The position numbers were made by a program, and so were the translations under genes. The notes under the pieces were generated by a model, which was not told where the DNA came from, searched no databases, and saw nothing but the letters and a program-made list of their open reading frames with translations. Of a stretch of DNA of 43,181 nucleotides, positions 1-9,246 are shown piece by piece. The stretch comes from Simkaniaceae bacterium (GTDB taxonomy: Bacteria; Chlamydiota; Chlamydiia; Chlamydiales; JAJFMI01), in NCBI GenBank assembly GCA_040880145.1, contig JBBDIZ010000009.1, forward strand, positions 1 through 43,181, in the 5' to 3' direction. Positions within the stretch are counted from its first letter, which is position 1; each line of letters begins with the position of its first letter.

Positions 1-34
1 AAAAGGGTTGTTGGGAAAAATGTTTGTAAAGTAA

Positions 35-364
35 ATTTCATCAGAACGCCCTGAGGGCAACTGGGACTACAGCCTACTTCATTACGCTGCTAAAGACAAA
101 AACTATCAATTGGTTAAAGAACTTTTAACAAGAAAAGATATTGATGTGAATCTTCAATCTAAAGCGGGCCGTACTCCTCTTATGCTTGCTTCTGGAAACG
201 GCTCCTTTGAAATTGTCCAAGAGCTTTTAACAAGAAAAGATATTGATGTGAATCTTCAAACTAAAAAGGGCTCTACTGCTCTTACAATTGCTACCAAAAG
301 AGGTTTCGAAAAAATTGTTGAAAAGCTTCAGCAAGCCGCCCTTAAGGATTCTCCAATTACCTGA
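35..364 (+). CDS. Ankyrin-repeat protein, C-terminal part (three repeats; 5' end disrupted or outside the frame)
   Basis: The frame from 35 reads ...YSLLHYAAKDKNYQLVKELL..DVN, GRTPLMLASGNG..IVQELL..DVN, GSTALTIATKRG..IVEKL, which are ankyrin motifs. An in-frame TAA lies at 32-34. The only start (TTG 110) falls inside the first repeat. Confidence 0.8.
   Translation: MSSERPEGNWDYSLLHYAAKDKNYQLVKELLTRKDIDVNLQSKAGRTPLMLASGNGSFEIVQELLTRKDIDVNLQTKKGSTALTIATKRGFEKIVEKLQQAALKDSPIT
122..259 (+). repeat. 36-nt exact direct repeat, period 102 nt (ankyrin repeat duplication)
   Basis: cttttaacaagaaaagatattgatgtgaatcttcaa occurs at 122-157 and 224-259. Confidence 0.9.
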
Positions 365-367
365 TTT

Positions 368-1582
368 TCAATCGAGATAAATGAAATATTTTTCCCTTTT
401 TTTCTTATACTCTTCAGCGCGGCGTTTATCGAGATCGAGAAGTTTATAAGTAATAAAACGCTCTTTTTCTAAGATTTTTAAAACGACATCGGATCCCAAT
501 GCTTTGCAAAAAAGCTCTTTCTTCCCATCGGATAGTTTTTTTATAGCATCTGAAAACTCCTTAGGATAGAGGCTTTTTAAAAGACCTAAAAGGGCGTACT
601 GAACATTGAGGGGGCGATACATTTTTTGATCGTTGATGAGAATAAGGACCCCTTGACACTCTTTCCCCTTGAAAGCTCCATAGAAGGGTTTGAAATGAAA
701 GGGTCGAAAGAGAACACCGGGAAGGTTAAGGTTATTGAGCTTTTCAGCAAAAACCTTGGCATCGATCCAGGGAGCCCCAACCAGTTTAAAGGGCAGGGTG
801 TACCCAATGCCAATGCTGACAATTCCAAGCTCTCCGAGAATCCCGGTTGTCGCACAAAAAAGTGCCGTCGTCGACTCAGGGATATGGGGCGATGTCGGAA
901 TCCAGTGAAGTCCTGTCTCGTGAAAGAACATCTCTCTTTTCCAGTTTTTCATTGGAACGACCCTTAATTTACACTGGATACGATACTCCTCATTATAGTA
1001 ATTTGCTAACTCTCCAATGGTTAATCCATGGCAGTAAGGCACGTCGATGTAGCCGATAAAAGAGCGCCATTTTGTTTCAAGAAGAGGTCCATCGACTAAA
1101 TGTCCACTCAAAGGATTCGGTCGATCGAGTACAAGAACGGGAATATCCCTTTTGGCAGCTTCCTCCATGACGTAGAAAAGAGTCGTTGCATAGGTGTAGC
1201 TTCGAATCCCGATATCTTGGATATCATAAATCAATAGGTCGATTCCCTCTAACATCTCATTAGTGGGCCGTCTTGTACTCCCATGAAGGCTATAAAGTGG
1301 AAGCCCCCCCTCCTTCCCATTTTGTATTTTTGCCGCTGCATAGGAAGAGCCATTGAAGCCGTGCTCGGGAGAAAACAGGGCAACTAGCCGGCACTCTTTG
1401 TGATTTAGGAGCCTTTCATAAGTGGGAACGAGATTTCCATCGACTCCTGTCTGATTCGTGATGAGTCCAATTTTTTTTCCTTGGATCTTCTCTATATGGG
1501 GAGGAGAAAAAAGCTCATCTATGCCCAGTTTAGTTTTTCCAAATAAAATCAATGGAATTAATAATAAAAGTGAAATTTTCAT
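368..1582 (-). CDS. namZ: Exo-beta-N-acetylmuramidase NamZ family (DUF1343) protein with signal peptide
   Basis: Motifs GLITNQTG, LFSPEHG, YDIQDIGIRSYTY, VLDRPNP, HGLTIGELA and WIPTSPHIP. Likely start MKISLLLL at 1582 (the ORF extends to 1603). Confidence 0.9.
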   Translation of the reverse strand: MKISLLLLIPLILFGKTKLGIDELFSPPHIEKIQGKKIGLITNQTGVDGNLVPTYERLLNHKECRLVALFSPEHGFNGSSYAAAKIQNGKEGGLPLYSLHGSTRRPTNEMLEGIDLLIYDIQDIGIRSYTYATTLFYVMEEAAKRDIPVLVLDRPNPLSGHLVDGPLLETKWRSFIGYIDVPYCHGLTIGELANYYNEEYRIQCKLRVVPMKNWKREMFFHETGLHWIPTSPHIPESTTALFCATTGILGELGIVSIGIGYTLPFKLVGAPWIDAKVFAEKLNNLNLPGVLFRPFHFKPFYGAFKGKECQGVLILINDQKMYRPLNVQYALLGLLKSLYPKEFSDAIKKLSDGKKELFCKALGSDVVLKILEKERFITYKLLDLDKRRAEEYKKKREKYFIYLD

Positions 1583-1617
1583 ATTAATTTTATTACTTTT
1601 CATGTTAATAATAAATT

Positions 1618-4600
1618 ATGCCTAATAAAGAAAAAGAGTCCCAGCATATTATCTTATCCCGCGATCTCATCTCTTCGGTTCGTGGACGAAATCTAACTTC
1701 TCATGAGAGAGAAAAAAAAGCAATTGAACTTGCTTCTTACATTCTCGCAGAATCGATCAAGGAAGAAACTCCTAGTGAAAAGAAGAAGCACGCCCAGCTT
1801 GCTCGAATGATGCATGATCCAAACGGCAAGGCCTTTACAACGGCTATGACTGATGAATGCTTCCGATCTGAGAATAAAAAAAGAATAGCCAACCAAATGA
1901 TTCATTTGATCGATTTATTTGGAATTCCGGAATACCTTGCCTTCTTTAAACGTCTGCAATTAAAACTCTTTAGAATGTATGGCGAAAAATTTGCGCGTCT
2001 TGTTGTACCTCTTGCTGTCAATGCTCTTAGGAAAGAGACCGAAAGCGTCATTATTCCAGGGGAAGCTTCTGCCTTAAAGCGTCATATTGAAAAGCGTTCT
2101 GCAGAGGGAGTCCGCTTGAATCTTAATCACTTGGGCGAAGCCATTTTGGGAGAAGAAGAGGCGAAAAGCCGGCTTGATATCTATTTAAAGGATCTTGAAA
2201 ATCCCGATATCAATTATGTTTCGATCAAAGTTTCTACCATCTTTTCTCAGATCAATTTGGTAGCCTATGAAGAGACGATTCTTCATCTTGCCGAGCGGCT
2301 TCGAAAGCTCTATCGGCATGCGATGCAGCACCCCTTTGTCAATGAGGGGGGCGAAAAGATCAGCAAGTTTGTTAATCTCGACATGGAAGAATATCGCGAT
2401 TTATTTCTAACAAAAGATCTCTTTATGAAAGTTTTGGATGAAGAGGAGTTTTTGCAATTAGAAGCAGGGATTGTTCTTCAAGCTTACGTTCCGGACTCGC
2501 ATCTCTATCAAATGGAGCTGACAGAGTGGGCTAAAAAACGTATGAATCGCGGCGGCGCTCCCATCAAAATCCGAATTGTCAAAGGGGCGAATATGGCTAT
2601 GGAGATGGTCGAAAGCGCTCTTCATGGTTGGGCCCAAGCTCCCTACAAGATGAAAATGGAAACGGATTCAAACTATAAAAGAATGGTGAATTATGCCCTT
2701 GAGCCTGAAAACGCTCATGCCGTTCACATTGGAATCGCAAGCCACAATCTTTTCGACATTGCCTATGCCCTGCTTCTACGCACTGAAAACGGCGTCGAAA
2801 AGGAGATTTCGTTTGAAATGTTGGAAGGGATGGCGGAGCATATGCAAAGAGTTGTGCAAAAGCTCTCCGGAGGGCTTCTTCTCTACTGTGCAATAGCGAC
2901 AAGAAAGGATTTTCAAAGCGCCATTGCCTATCTGATACGCCGGCTCGATGAAAATACAGGTCTCGACAATTTTTTAAGGCATAGTTTTGGTTTAAAACCG
3001 CACTCAGCCTCTTGGGAGTTGCAAGCAGCTCTCTTTTCAGAGGCGTGCAGCCGCATCGATCAAGTTGAGTTAAATCCAAGACGCAATCTCGACCGAAACC
3101 AGGCTCCTAAACCGTTTTCTATCGAATCTGAATATGAAGCCGATCACGAGACCGATTTTGCTCTTCCCCGTAATCGGGAATGGGGCCAAAAAATCCTTAA
3201 AACTTGGACAGCAAAAAAAATCGACCCAATTCCGCTTGTTATAGCAGGTAAAACCCTTCAAACCGATGAAGTAGAAGAGGGTTTTGATCCCTCTGTCCCG
3301 GAAACGCCTCTTTATTCTTATCATCTTGCAGGAGAACTTGAAGTCGAGCAGGCCTTATCCTCTGCGAAAAAAGCCCAAGAAAACCTCCAGAATATGGGAG
3401 TTAAAAAACGCGTAGAAATTTTGGCTTCTTGCGCACATGAAATACGGAAGCGGCGTGCCGATATTTTAGGAGCTATGATTATAGATGGGGGAAAAACTCT
3501 AATTGAAGCAGACGTTGAACTCTGTGAAGGCATCGATTTTATTGAGTACTATCTTCGTCAGATGCTAAAAATCGATGCCTATGAAGATATTGAACACCGC
3601 CCTAAAGGAACCGTCTTAATTACACCTCCTTGGAACTTTCCCGTTTCGATTCCAATTGGCGGGGTTTCAGCCGCTTTTGCAAGCGGAAATGCCGTGCTAT
3701 TCAAGCCTGCTCCAGAATCAGTTTTGGCCGGATATATTTTCTGCCAAGCTTTTTGGGATGCCGGATTTCCAAAGGAAGCGCTTCAATTTATCAACTGTAA
3801 AGATGAGCCGATGGGCTCTAAACTCATTCAAGATGAGCGTGTGGATTTGATCATTTTAACTGGAGCGACCTCAACAGCTAAAGCCTTTCTTAAAATGCGG
3901 CCAAAACTCGACCTTTCTGCAGAAACAGGTGGGAAAAATGCTCTAATCATCACGGCTATGTCCGATAGAGATCAAGCGATTAAGGATCTGGTTCGCTCCG
4001 CTTTTGGACACTCCGGACAAAAATGCAGCGCCTGTTCGCTTGGCATATTGGAAAAAGAGGTTTATTACGACCCTCAATTTAGACGGCAACTCAAAGATGC
4101 CGTTGAAAGCCTGCCTGTTGGCTCCGCCCATGATTCCCGCTCGATCATCACCCCCTTAATCAGATCCCCCGGAAATGAGCTGAAACGAGGCCTAACGACT
4201 CTTGAAAAAGGCGAATCTTGGCTAGTCGAGCCGAAAGCAGATCTCAACAACCCTAACCTCGTCTCACCTGGAGTCAAACTAGGAGTCGTAGAAGGAAGCT
4301 ACTCTCATCAAACTGAATTTTTTGGCCCCATTCTAGGGCTTATGTGTGCAAATGACCTCGATCACGCCCTCTCACTTGCCAATGGCACGCCTTACGGCCT
4401 AACCTCCGGTATACACTCTCTTGACGATAGAGAGCAGCAGAAGTGGCAATCCAAAATTATTGCCGGAAACTGCTACATCAATCGGAGCATCACAGGAGCC
4501 ATCGTTGAAAGACAACCCTTTGGCGGCACCAAAAACAGCAGCTTCGGTCCAGGGAAAAAAGCAGGCGGTCCTCATTATCTTAACCATTTTCTTCATATTA

Positions 4601-5238
4601 AACAGAAAGGGGTCCCGAAGGAAAAATTCCCCGTAAACGAATGGATTAACAACCTAACCGGATTCTTAGAAAAGTTTGAATTGACAACAGAAGACTTAGG
4701 CCTTTGGATGGCCTCCATCTCAAGTTACGCTTTTTGGTGGGAGCATTATCGAAGACCGAAAGATCCGACAAAACTGATAGGTCAAGACAATTTACTCATC
4801 CACACTCCCTATAAAAAAATGTGCTTACGCGTTGAAGAAAACGATAATCCCATCGATTACATCCGGGTTTTTGCAGCGGCGCTAACCTGTCAAGTCCCCC
4901 TTCAAGTGAGCTGGAGTAAAAAAGGAAAAACCTTCCCCCCTCGAGCCAATTGGGGAATCTTACTGCCCTTTTTTAACTTTTATGAAGAGAGCGAAGAGGA
5001 GTTAATCCGTCGCATTCGAAGCCATGAGATCACGCGCCTTCGCACTCTAAGCCCCCCCTCCGATGCTATCTATGAAATTGCTGCTGAGACCGGATGCTTC
5101 ATCAACAAAGCAGAGGTCCTCGCAAATGGCTATTTTGAACTTCCGCACTACTTACGGGAAATTTCTTTAAGCGCCGACTACCATCGCTACGGAAATCTAG
5201 GCACTCGTGAAAACGAAATGCGCCGCAATGTTCCATAA
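1618..5238 (+). CDS. putA: Bifunctional proline dehydrogenase / L-glutamate gamma-semialdehyde dehydrogenase
   Basis: PRODH motifs (NLNHLGE, SIKVS, LDMEEY, GIVLQAY, IRIVKGAN, ASHN, YLIRRLDEN) followed by ALDH motifs (PPWNFP, ETGGKN, GQKCSA, EFFGP, QPFGG); 1206 aa. Confidence 0.96.
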   Translation: MPNKEKESQHIILSRDLISSVRGRNLTSHEREKKAIELASYILAESIKEETPSEKKKHAQLARMMHDPNGKAFTTAMTDECFRSENKKRIANQMIHLIDLFGIPEYLAFFKRLQLKLFRMYGEKFARLVVPLAVNALRKETESVIIPGEASALKRHIEKRSAEGVRLNLNHLGEAILGEEEAKSRLDIYLKDLENPDINYVSIKVSTIFSQINLVAYEETILHLAERLRKLYRHAMQHPFVNEGGEKISKFVNLDMEEYRDLFLTKDLFMKVLDEEEFLQLEAGIVLQAYVPDSHLYQMELTEWAKKRMNRGGAPIKIRIVKGANMAMEMVESALHGWAQAPYKMKMETDSNYKRMVNYALEPENAHAVHIGIASHNLFDIAYALLLRTENGVEKEISFEMLEGMAEHMQRVVQKLSGGLLLYCAIATRKDFQSAIAYLIRRLDENTGLDNFLRHSFGLKPHSASWELQAALFSEACSRIDQVELNPRRNLDRNQAPKPFSIESEYEADHETDFALPRNREWGQKILKTWTAKKIDPIPLVIAGKTLQTDEVEEGFDPSVPETPLYSYHLAGELEVEQALSSAKKAQENLQNMGVKKRVEILASCAHEIRKRRADILGAMIIDGGKTLIEADVELCEGIDFIEYYLRQMLKIDAYEDIEHRPKGTVLITPPWNFPVSIPIGGVSAAFASGNAVLFKPAPESVLAGYIFCQAFWDAGFPKEALQFINCKDEPMGSKLIQDERVDLIILTGATSTAKAFLKMRPKLDLSAETGGKNALIITAMSDRDQAIKDLVRSAFGHSGQKCSACSLGILEKEVYYDPQFRRQLKDAVESLPVGSAHDSRSIITPLIRSPGNELKRGLTTLEKGESWLVEPKADLNNPNLVSPGVKLGVVEGSYSHQTEFFGPILGLMCANDLDHALSLANGTPYGLTSGIHSLDDREQQKWQSKIIAGNCYINRSITGAIVERQPFGGTKNSSFGPGKKAGGPHYLNHFLHIKQKGVPKEKFPVNEWINNLTGFLEKFELTTEDLGLWMASISSYAFWWEHYRRPKDPTKLIGQDNLLIHTPYKKMCLRVEENDNPIDYIRVFAAALTCQVPLQVSWSKKGKTFPPRANWGILLPFFNFYEESEEELIRRIRSHEITRLRTLSPPSDAIYEIAAETGCFINKAEVLANGYFELPHYLREISLSADYHRYGNLGTRENEMRRNVP

Positions 5239-5267
5239 AAACATTGTGCTAAAATCAGACATTTTTT
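5235..5267 (+). promoter_or_regulatory. Conserved upstream motif of sulfotransferase cassette, copy 1 (putative extended -10, TGcTAAAAT)
   Basis: ataaaaacattgtgctaaaatcagacatttttt recurs upstream of the other two paralogs (9066-9098 minus strand; 10889-10922). Confidence 0.5.
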
Positions 5268-5279
5268 ACGGTTATATCC

Positions 5280-6026
5280 ATGAAAATTCGATGCCTTTAC
5301 TTCATGGTTCTACTCAACTCTCTCTCTGCCTGGGATTTCGTTAAGGATTATCCTTATCGTGAAGGAAGCTATCCTCCATTTGAACTCTCTGAAAATCAAA
5401 GAATCCTTCTTTTAACTCCCCCTCGAACCGGAAGCACCTTTGTCTATAACATTTTAGCCTACCTATTCGAAGATATCAATTTTTCTCATATCTCTCATAA
5501 TTTTAATCAAAAAAGAGTCGTGAAGTCGCATACACAAGGAGTCAAGCTGAGAAATTATGACTGCCTTTTTATTTCAGCAAAGAGATCTCCTCTTGATATG
5601 TTTGACTCAATCTCTCGTACGAACCACATCCCCATGGATATGCAAAATATTAAGAAATTAAAATACGTTTCAAACGCAAAACCCATTTACCACTACCTTT
5701 CAAAAAAACCTTTGAGTAAAGTTCTATTTTTAACCTACGAAAAGTTTGTCGATAATATAAACTATCTCTTCGATGAACTAGAAGGTTTTTTCTCCATTGA
5801 AATTCCACATGAAATGAGAAAAAAAATTGAACAAATGTTTTCAAAAGAAGAGATGTTAAAGATCCAAAACCGGTACAAGGATTTTTCTCAATACGATCTT
5901 GTTACAGGTATTCATGGAGCTCACATCGATAAAAATCATGACAGCAAAAATTCCTCTGCATTGACAAATTCTCAAATTAAGCAGCAATTTTTCGATATCT
6001 ATAAAATGTGGGGCTATTCAAATTGA
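5280..6026 (+). CDS. Sulfotransferase-domain protein, copy 1, signal peptide
   Basis: 5'-PSB-like loop LLTPPRTGST, then VVKSH, KRSPLDMFDS (RxPxD..S 3'-PB-like) and LTYEKF; hydrophobic N-terminus. Confidence 0.75.
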   Translation: MKIRCLYFMVLLNSLSAWDFVKDYPYREGSYPPFELSENQRILLLTPPRTGSTFVYNILAYLFEDINFSHISHNFNQKRVVKSHTQGVKLRNYDCLFISAKRSPLDMFDSISRTNHIPMDMQNIKKLKYVSNAKPIYHYLSKKPLSKVLFLTYEKFVDNINYLFDELEGFFSIEIPHEMRKKIEQMFSKEEMLKIQNRYKDFSQYDLVTGIHGAHIDKNHDSKNSSALTNSQIKQQFFDIYKMWGYSN

Positions 6027-6334
6027 ACCGGAAGTTTTTTAGCATTTTTTATAACTTTAATCTTTCAATTTTCTCTTCCTGCTACCGATCAGCCATCCTT
6101 AATTTTTGTTCATATTGGCAAGAAAATCCCTTCTCATGTTCAGCATGCAATCGCAGAGGCAAGGGAATTTAACCCTGATTTTAAGATATATTTTTAATAA
6201 GCGAATCAGCGATCAACAACTCAACTCCTTGTAATCGGGAATTTTTTCATTCTCTAAACAGCTTTGATAAAAAATTCCGAAATGGCTTCTGGAGTCACGC
6301 AACTGAGCGGTTTTTTTACATCTATGACTTTATC
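6023..6334 (+). pseudogene. Truncated, frameshifted paralog of the putative glycosyltransferase 7249..8313
   Basis: Reads ...DQPSLIFVHIGKKIPSHVQHAIAEAREFNPD... and ...FRNGFWSHATERFFYIYDFI. It has two T-run frameshifts, an internal deletion of about 22 codons and a 3' truncation. Confidence 0.9.
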
Positions 6335-6340
6335 CATACA

Positions 6341-6380
6341 AAAAAAGAGAAGCCCCCTGTTTCAGTTAGAGAGGGGGCTT
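6341..6380 (-). terminator. Intrinsic terminator after the FkbM gene
   Basis: Stem aagccccct (6350-6358) / agggggctt (6372-6380), with an A-run at 6340-6346 giving a U-tract on the minus strand. Confidence 0.7.
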
Positions 6381-6392
6381 AAGAGTTGATTT

Positions 6393-7229
6393 CTAATTAT
6401 CTTGGAAATTATAAGTTAAGTTTTTATAGCGAGCATCTTTTTCAGATTCGTCCACTTGTTTAAGTGCAACCCAATTTGAATACTTATAATTTTCGAGTTC
6501 ATCTTTCCACTTTTCTTCTGGGATCAAGCCTATAGAAGAAAGACGGAAAATTTTGTAGTCATTGTCAGTCAAAAATACGTATATCTCTTTCAGGGTTGTT
6601 TCTGAGTCAGTATAACAACCACCATATTCAAATTGAATTGCTGAAATATGATTATTAATAATCATTTGATGTGCTCCTAGGAGGACATCCCATTCACTGC
6701 CTTCAGTATCTATTTTCAGCAAGTCAATATGGGAGATATTGTATTCACTGCAAAAAAGATCGAGAGTAGTTTTTTTCACTAATACTTCTTTTGGATCTCT
6801 ATGCTTTCTTTTTTTTAGTAAAGGTCGGTAATAAAGACCGTTAAGTCCTGACTGTCTTAAGCTATTAGCTGTATCCCAGGTAAACAAAATCCCTTCGCCA
6901 TCTTCTCTGCTAAGAGCAAAATTAAAAAGCTGGATATTTTCATATCTTCTAGAAGCTCTTTGTAGAATGCGAAAAACTTTTGGATAGGGTTCAAAAGCAA
7001 AAATTTCGGCCTTTCGAGCATATTTTTTTACAATAGCAGTCCAAGAGCCAATATTTGCACCAACATCGAAAACAACATAAGAATCCTTCACGTAGTCTTT
7101 AATAAATAATTCTTCCCCATTGAGTCTAGAACGGCAGACTCCATATCCATTTTGAGCATTTCCTTCCCCTCCAACAGCTATTGAAAAGAGTAATATCAAT
7201 AGGGGGAAAATAATTCTTGTTAATCGCAT
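6393..7229 (-). CDS. FkbM family SAM-dependent methyltransferase with N-terminal signal/anchor
   Basis: Motifs VVFDVGANIG, IFAFEP, TTLD, IDLLKIDTEGSEWDVLLGA and IQFEYG. Start MRLTRII at 7229 is supported by the paralogous start at 11807. Confidence 0.92.
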   Translation of the reverse strand: MRLTRIIFPLLILLFSIAVGGEGNAQNGYGVCRSRLNGEELFIKDYVKDSYVVFDVGANIGSWTAIVKKYARKAEIFAFEPYPKVFRILQRASRRYENIQLFNFALSREDGEGILFTWDTANSLRQSGLNGLYYRPLLKKRKHRDPKEVLVKKTTLDLFCSEYNISHIDLLKIDTEGSEWDVLLGAHQMIINNHISAIQFEYGGCYTDSETTLKEIYVFLTDNDYKIFRLSSIGLIPEEKWKDELENYKYSNWVALKQVDESEKDARYKNLTYNFQDN

Positions 7230-7248
7230 TGTAATCTCATTTGTTTTT

Positions 7249-8313
7249 TTATTTTGAAAGGAATTTGTAAAGGCGTTTGGAGTGAAAATGTAGATTGATA
7301 ATTCTATATTTTTTATCAAGATAAGTTAATACGGGAAAGCGTCGTCCTTCAGAATCGACCTCCCAATCGTATTCAAAGTCTGAAGGGTTAAAAAGAGATC
7401 TCCAATGGATTGTACCAGGAAGCGAACTTCTTCCGACATTTCTTGGGTCAAATCCATCAAAGTAAACACCAAGAGCAACAGCATCGAAGAGATAGCCTTC
7501 AAAAAAAGAGGCATATTTTGCTAAAAAAGAGAAAGGCGTATTCTTATGATTATAGGCGACTGCCCTTCGTTTATGATTTAGGCCATATTCAGGCATAAGA
7601 ATGGGAAGAGGAGTTAGCGCACTATCGCCATTAGATTCATGAAAAGAAGCCAAGGTTGACATGTCATTCACATCACTATTTATATTTCCTTTTTTATCAG
7701 AGTGGCGTTTTTGTTCTTTAAAAGAGAGAATTCTTTGGTTAATGTGTTTTAACAAATGAAGCAAGGATTCGTGATCTTTCATATAAACAAAAGAGGGGAT
7801 CGCATTGGTTTTCGCTTGCATAGGAACCCCAATTTTTGTTTCTAAAGTCCTAAAAATTGGTAAAAGTTTTTCGAGCTGAACATAGAGCATGACATCATTT
7901 TCTAGATGGACACAATCTTGAATATTAAACTTTTTGATAAAATCATAAATGTAAAAAAACCGCTCAGTGGTGTGACTCCAGAAACCATTTCTGAATCTTT
8001 GACTAAAAGAATTTATAGAATCAAATTCTCGATGAACAGGTTCTTTTTTTAATTGAGAGATATCGATGAATTCGATGTGATTGAAGTGAAAAAATTCTTG
8101 ATTATATAAAGTGGAATTGGTTACCGCTGATTTGCTTACTAAAAAATATATCTTTGAATCGGGGTTAAACTCTCTTGCTTGTATGATTGAATGCTGAACA
8201 TGAGTAGGAATTTCCTTACCAATATGAACAAAAATTAAGGAGGGCTGATCGATGGCAAAAAGAGAAAATTGAAAGATAAAAGCTATAAAAAATGCAATAA
8301 ATTTCTGATTCAT
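7249..8313 (-). CDS. Putative glycosyltransferase (uncharacterised; FWxxTxERF and HLENDVMLY motifs), signal peptide
   Basis: ATGA overlap with the upstream sulfotransferase stop. The acidic ExD motif after a hydrophobic strand is GT-A-like. An intact paralog lies at 12323..13372. Function is inferred from motif and context. Confidence 0.6.
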   Translation of the reverse strand: MNQKFIAFFIAFIFQFSLFAIDQPSLIFVHIGKEIPTHVQHSIIQAREFNPDSKIYFLVSKSAVTNSTLYNQEFFHFNHIEFIDISQLKKEPVHREFDSINSFSQRFRNGFWSHTTERFFYIYDFIKKFNIQDCVHLENDVMLYVQLEKLLPIFRTLETKIGVPMQAKTNAIPSFVYMKDHESLLHLLKHINQRILSFKEQKRHSDKKGNINSDVNDMSTLASFHESNGDSALTPLPILMPEYGLNHKRRAVAYNHKNTPFSFLAKYASFFEGYLFDAVALGVYFDGFDPRNVGRSSLPGTIHWRSLFNPSDFEYDWEVDSEGRRFPVLTYLDKKYRIINLHFHSKRLYKFLSK

Positions 8314-9053
8314 TCTGTATATCCCCACAGTTTATAAATTTCTAGGAGTTTCTGCCTAACATAAGAATTTGTTATAGTAGAAAGATTCTTTCTATCATGA
8401 TTTTGATCGATGTGATTTCCATGAACACCTGTGACAAGATCGTATTGAGAAAAATCCTTGTACTGATTTTGGATCTTTAACATCTCTTCTTTTGAAAACA
8501 ATTCTTCTATTTTGATTCTCATTTCAAGTGGAATTTCAATGGAGAAAAAACATTCCAACTCATCGAAAAGATAGTCTATATCATCGACAAACTTTTCGTA
8601 GGCTAAAAATAGGACTTTGCGCGGGGGTTTTTTTGAAAGGTAGTTATAAATAGGTTTTGCGTTTGAAACACGCTCTAATTTCTTAATATTTTGTATGTTA
8701 ATAGGGATACGACGCGCACGAGAAATTGAGTGAAACATATCAAGGGGAGATCGCTTTATTGAAATAAAAAAACAGTCATAATTTTTCAGTGCGACTCCTT
8801 CTTTATGCGACTTTACGACTATTTTTTGATTAAAATTATAAGAGAGATGAGAGAAATTGATATCTTCGAATAGATAGGTCAAAACATTATAAATTAAGGT
8901 ACTTCCGGTTCGAGGAGGAGTTAAGAGAAGGATTCTTTGATTTTCAGGGAGTTTAAATAGAGGGCTGCTTCCTTCACGATAAGGATAATCTATACAGATC
9001 AAGGCTGGGAGGGGATGGAGTAAAGCCATGAATAAAATGAATAAAAATTTCAT
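8310..9053 (-). CDS. Sulfotransferase-domain protein, copy 2, signal peptide
   Basis: Same motifs as 5280..6026 (TPPRTGST, VVKSH, KRSPLDMF). Confidence 0.75.
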   Translation of the reverse strand: MKFLFILFMALLHPLPALICIDYPYREGSSPLFKLPENQRILLLTPPRTGSTLIYNVLTYLFEDINFSHLSYNFNQKIVVKSHKEGVALKNYDCFFISIKRSPLDMFHSISRARRIPINIQNIKKLERVSNAKPIYNYLSKKPPRKVLFLAYEKFVDDIDYLFDELECFFSIEIPLEMRIKIEELFSKEEMLKIQNQYKDFSQYDLVTGVHGNHIDQNHDRKNLSTITNSYVRQKLLEIYKLWGYTE

Positions 9054-9065
9054 GATCCCAATCCT

Positions 9066-9098
9066 AAAAAATGGCTAGTTTTAGCACAATGTTTTTAT
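9066..9098 (-). promoter_or_regulatory. Conserved upstream motif of sulfotransferase cassette, copy 2
   Basis: Reverse complement is ataaaaacattgtgctaaaactagccatttttt. Confidence 0.5.
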
Positions 9099-9101
9099 CA
9101 A

Positions 9102-9246
9102 TAACGCCGTAAAACCCTCGCTTTTAGGCGTGGAAATATAAGGCGCCTTTTTTTGTTTGCTTAAAATCTTGTTTCTTTCGTTAGCATGCTCCTACCTTTT
9201 AAGGTCTACCATGGGGCTCGTGGAATGTTAAGCCTTTAGAGACTGT
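9102..9246 (+). mobile_element. IS200/IS605-like non-autonomous remnant (end hairpin plus tnpB 3'/reRNA-like motif)
   Basis: The nested hairpin cgccgtaaaaccctcgcttttaggcgtggaaatataaggcg resembles IS605-type ends. ctaccatggggctcgtggaatgttaagcctttagagac (9206-9243) resembles tnpB 3'-end sequence. Recognition is from memory, and no transposase ORF is present. Confidence 0.5.

Larger units (their letters stand above)
5785..8551. repeat. Perfect 24-bp inverted repeat (arms 5785-5808 and 8528-8551) inside sulfotransferase copies 1 and 2
   Basis: gttttttctccattgaaattccac and its reverse complement gtggaatttcaatggagaaaaaac. Confidence 0.9.

Noticed and set aside
9072..9086. tggctagttttagca as a sigma-54 -24/-12 promoter
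   Set aside because: GG-to-GC spacing is 9 rather than 10 nt, and it points away from the adjacent gene.
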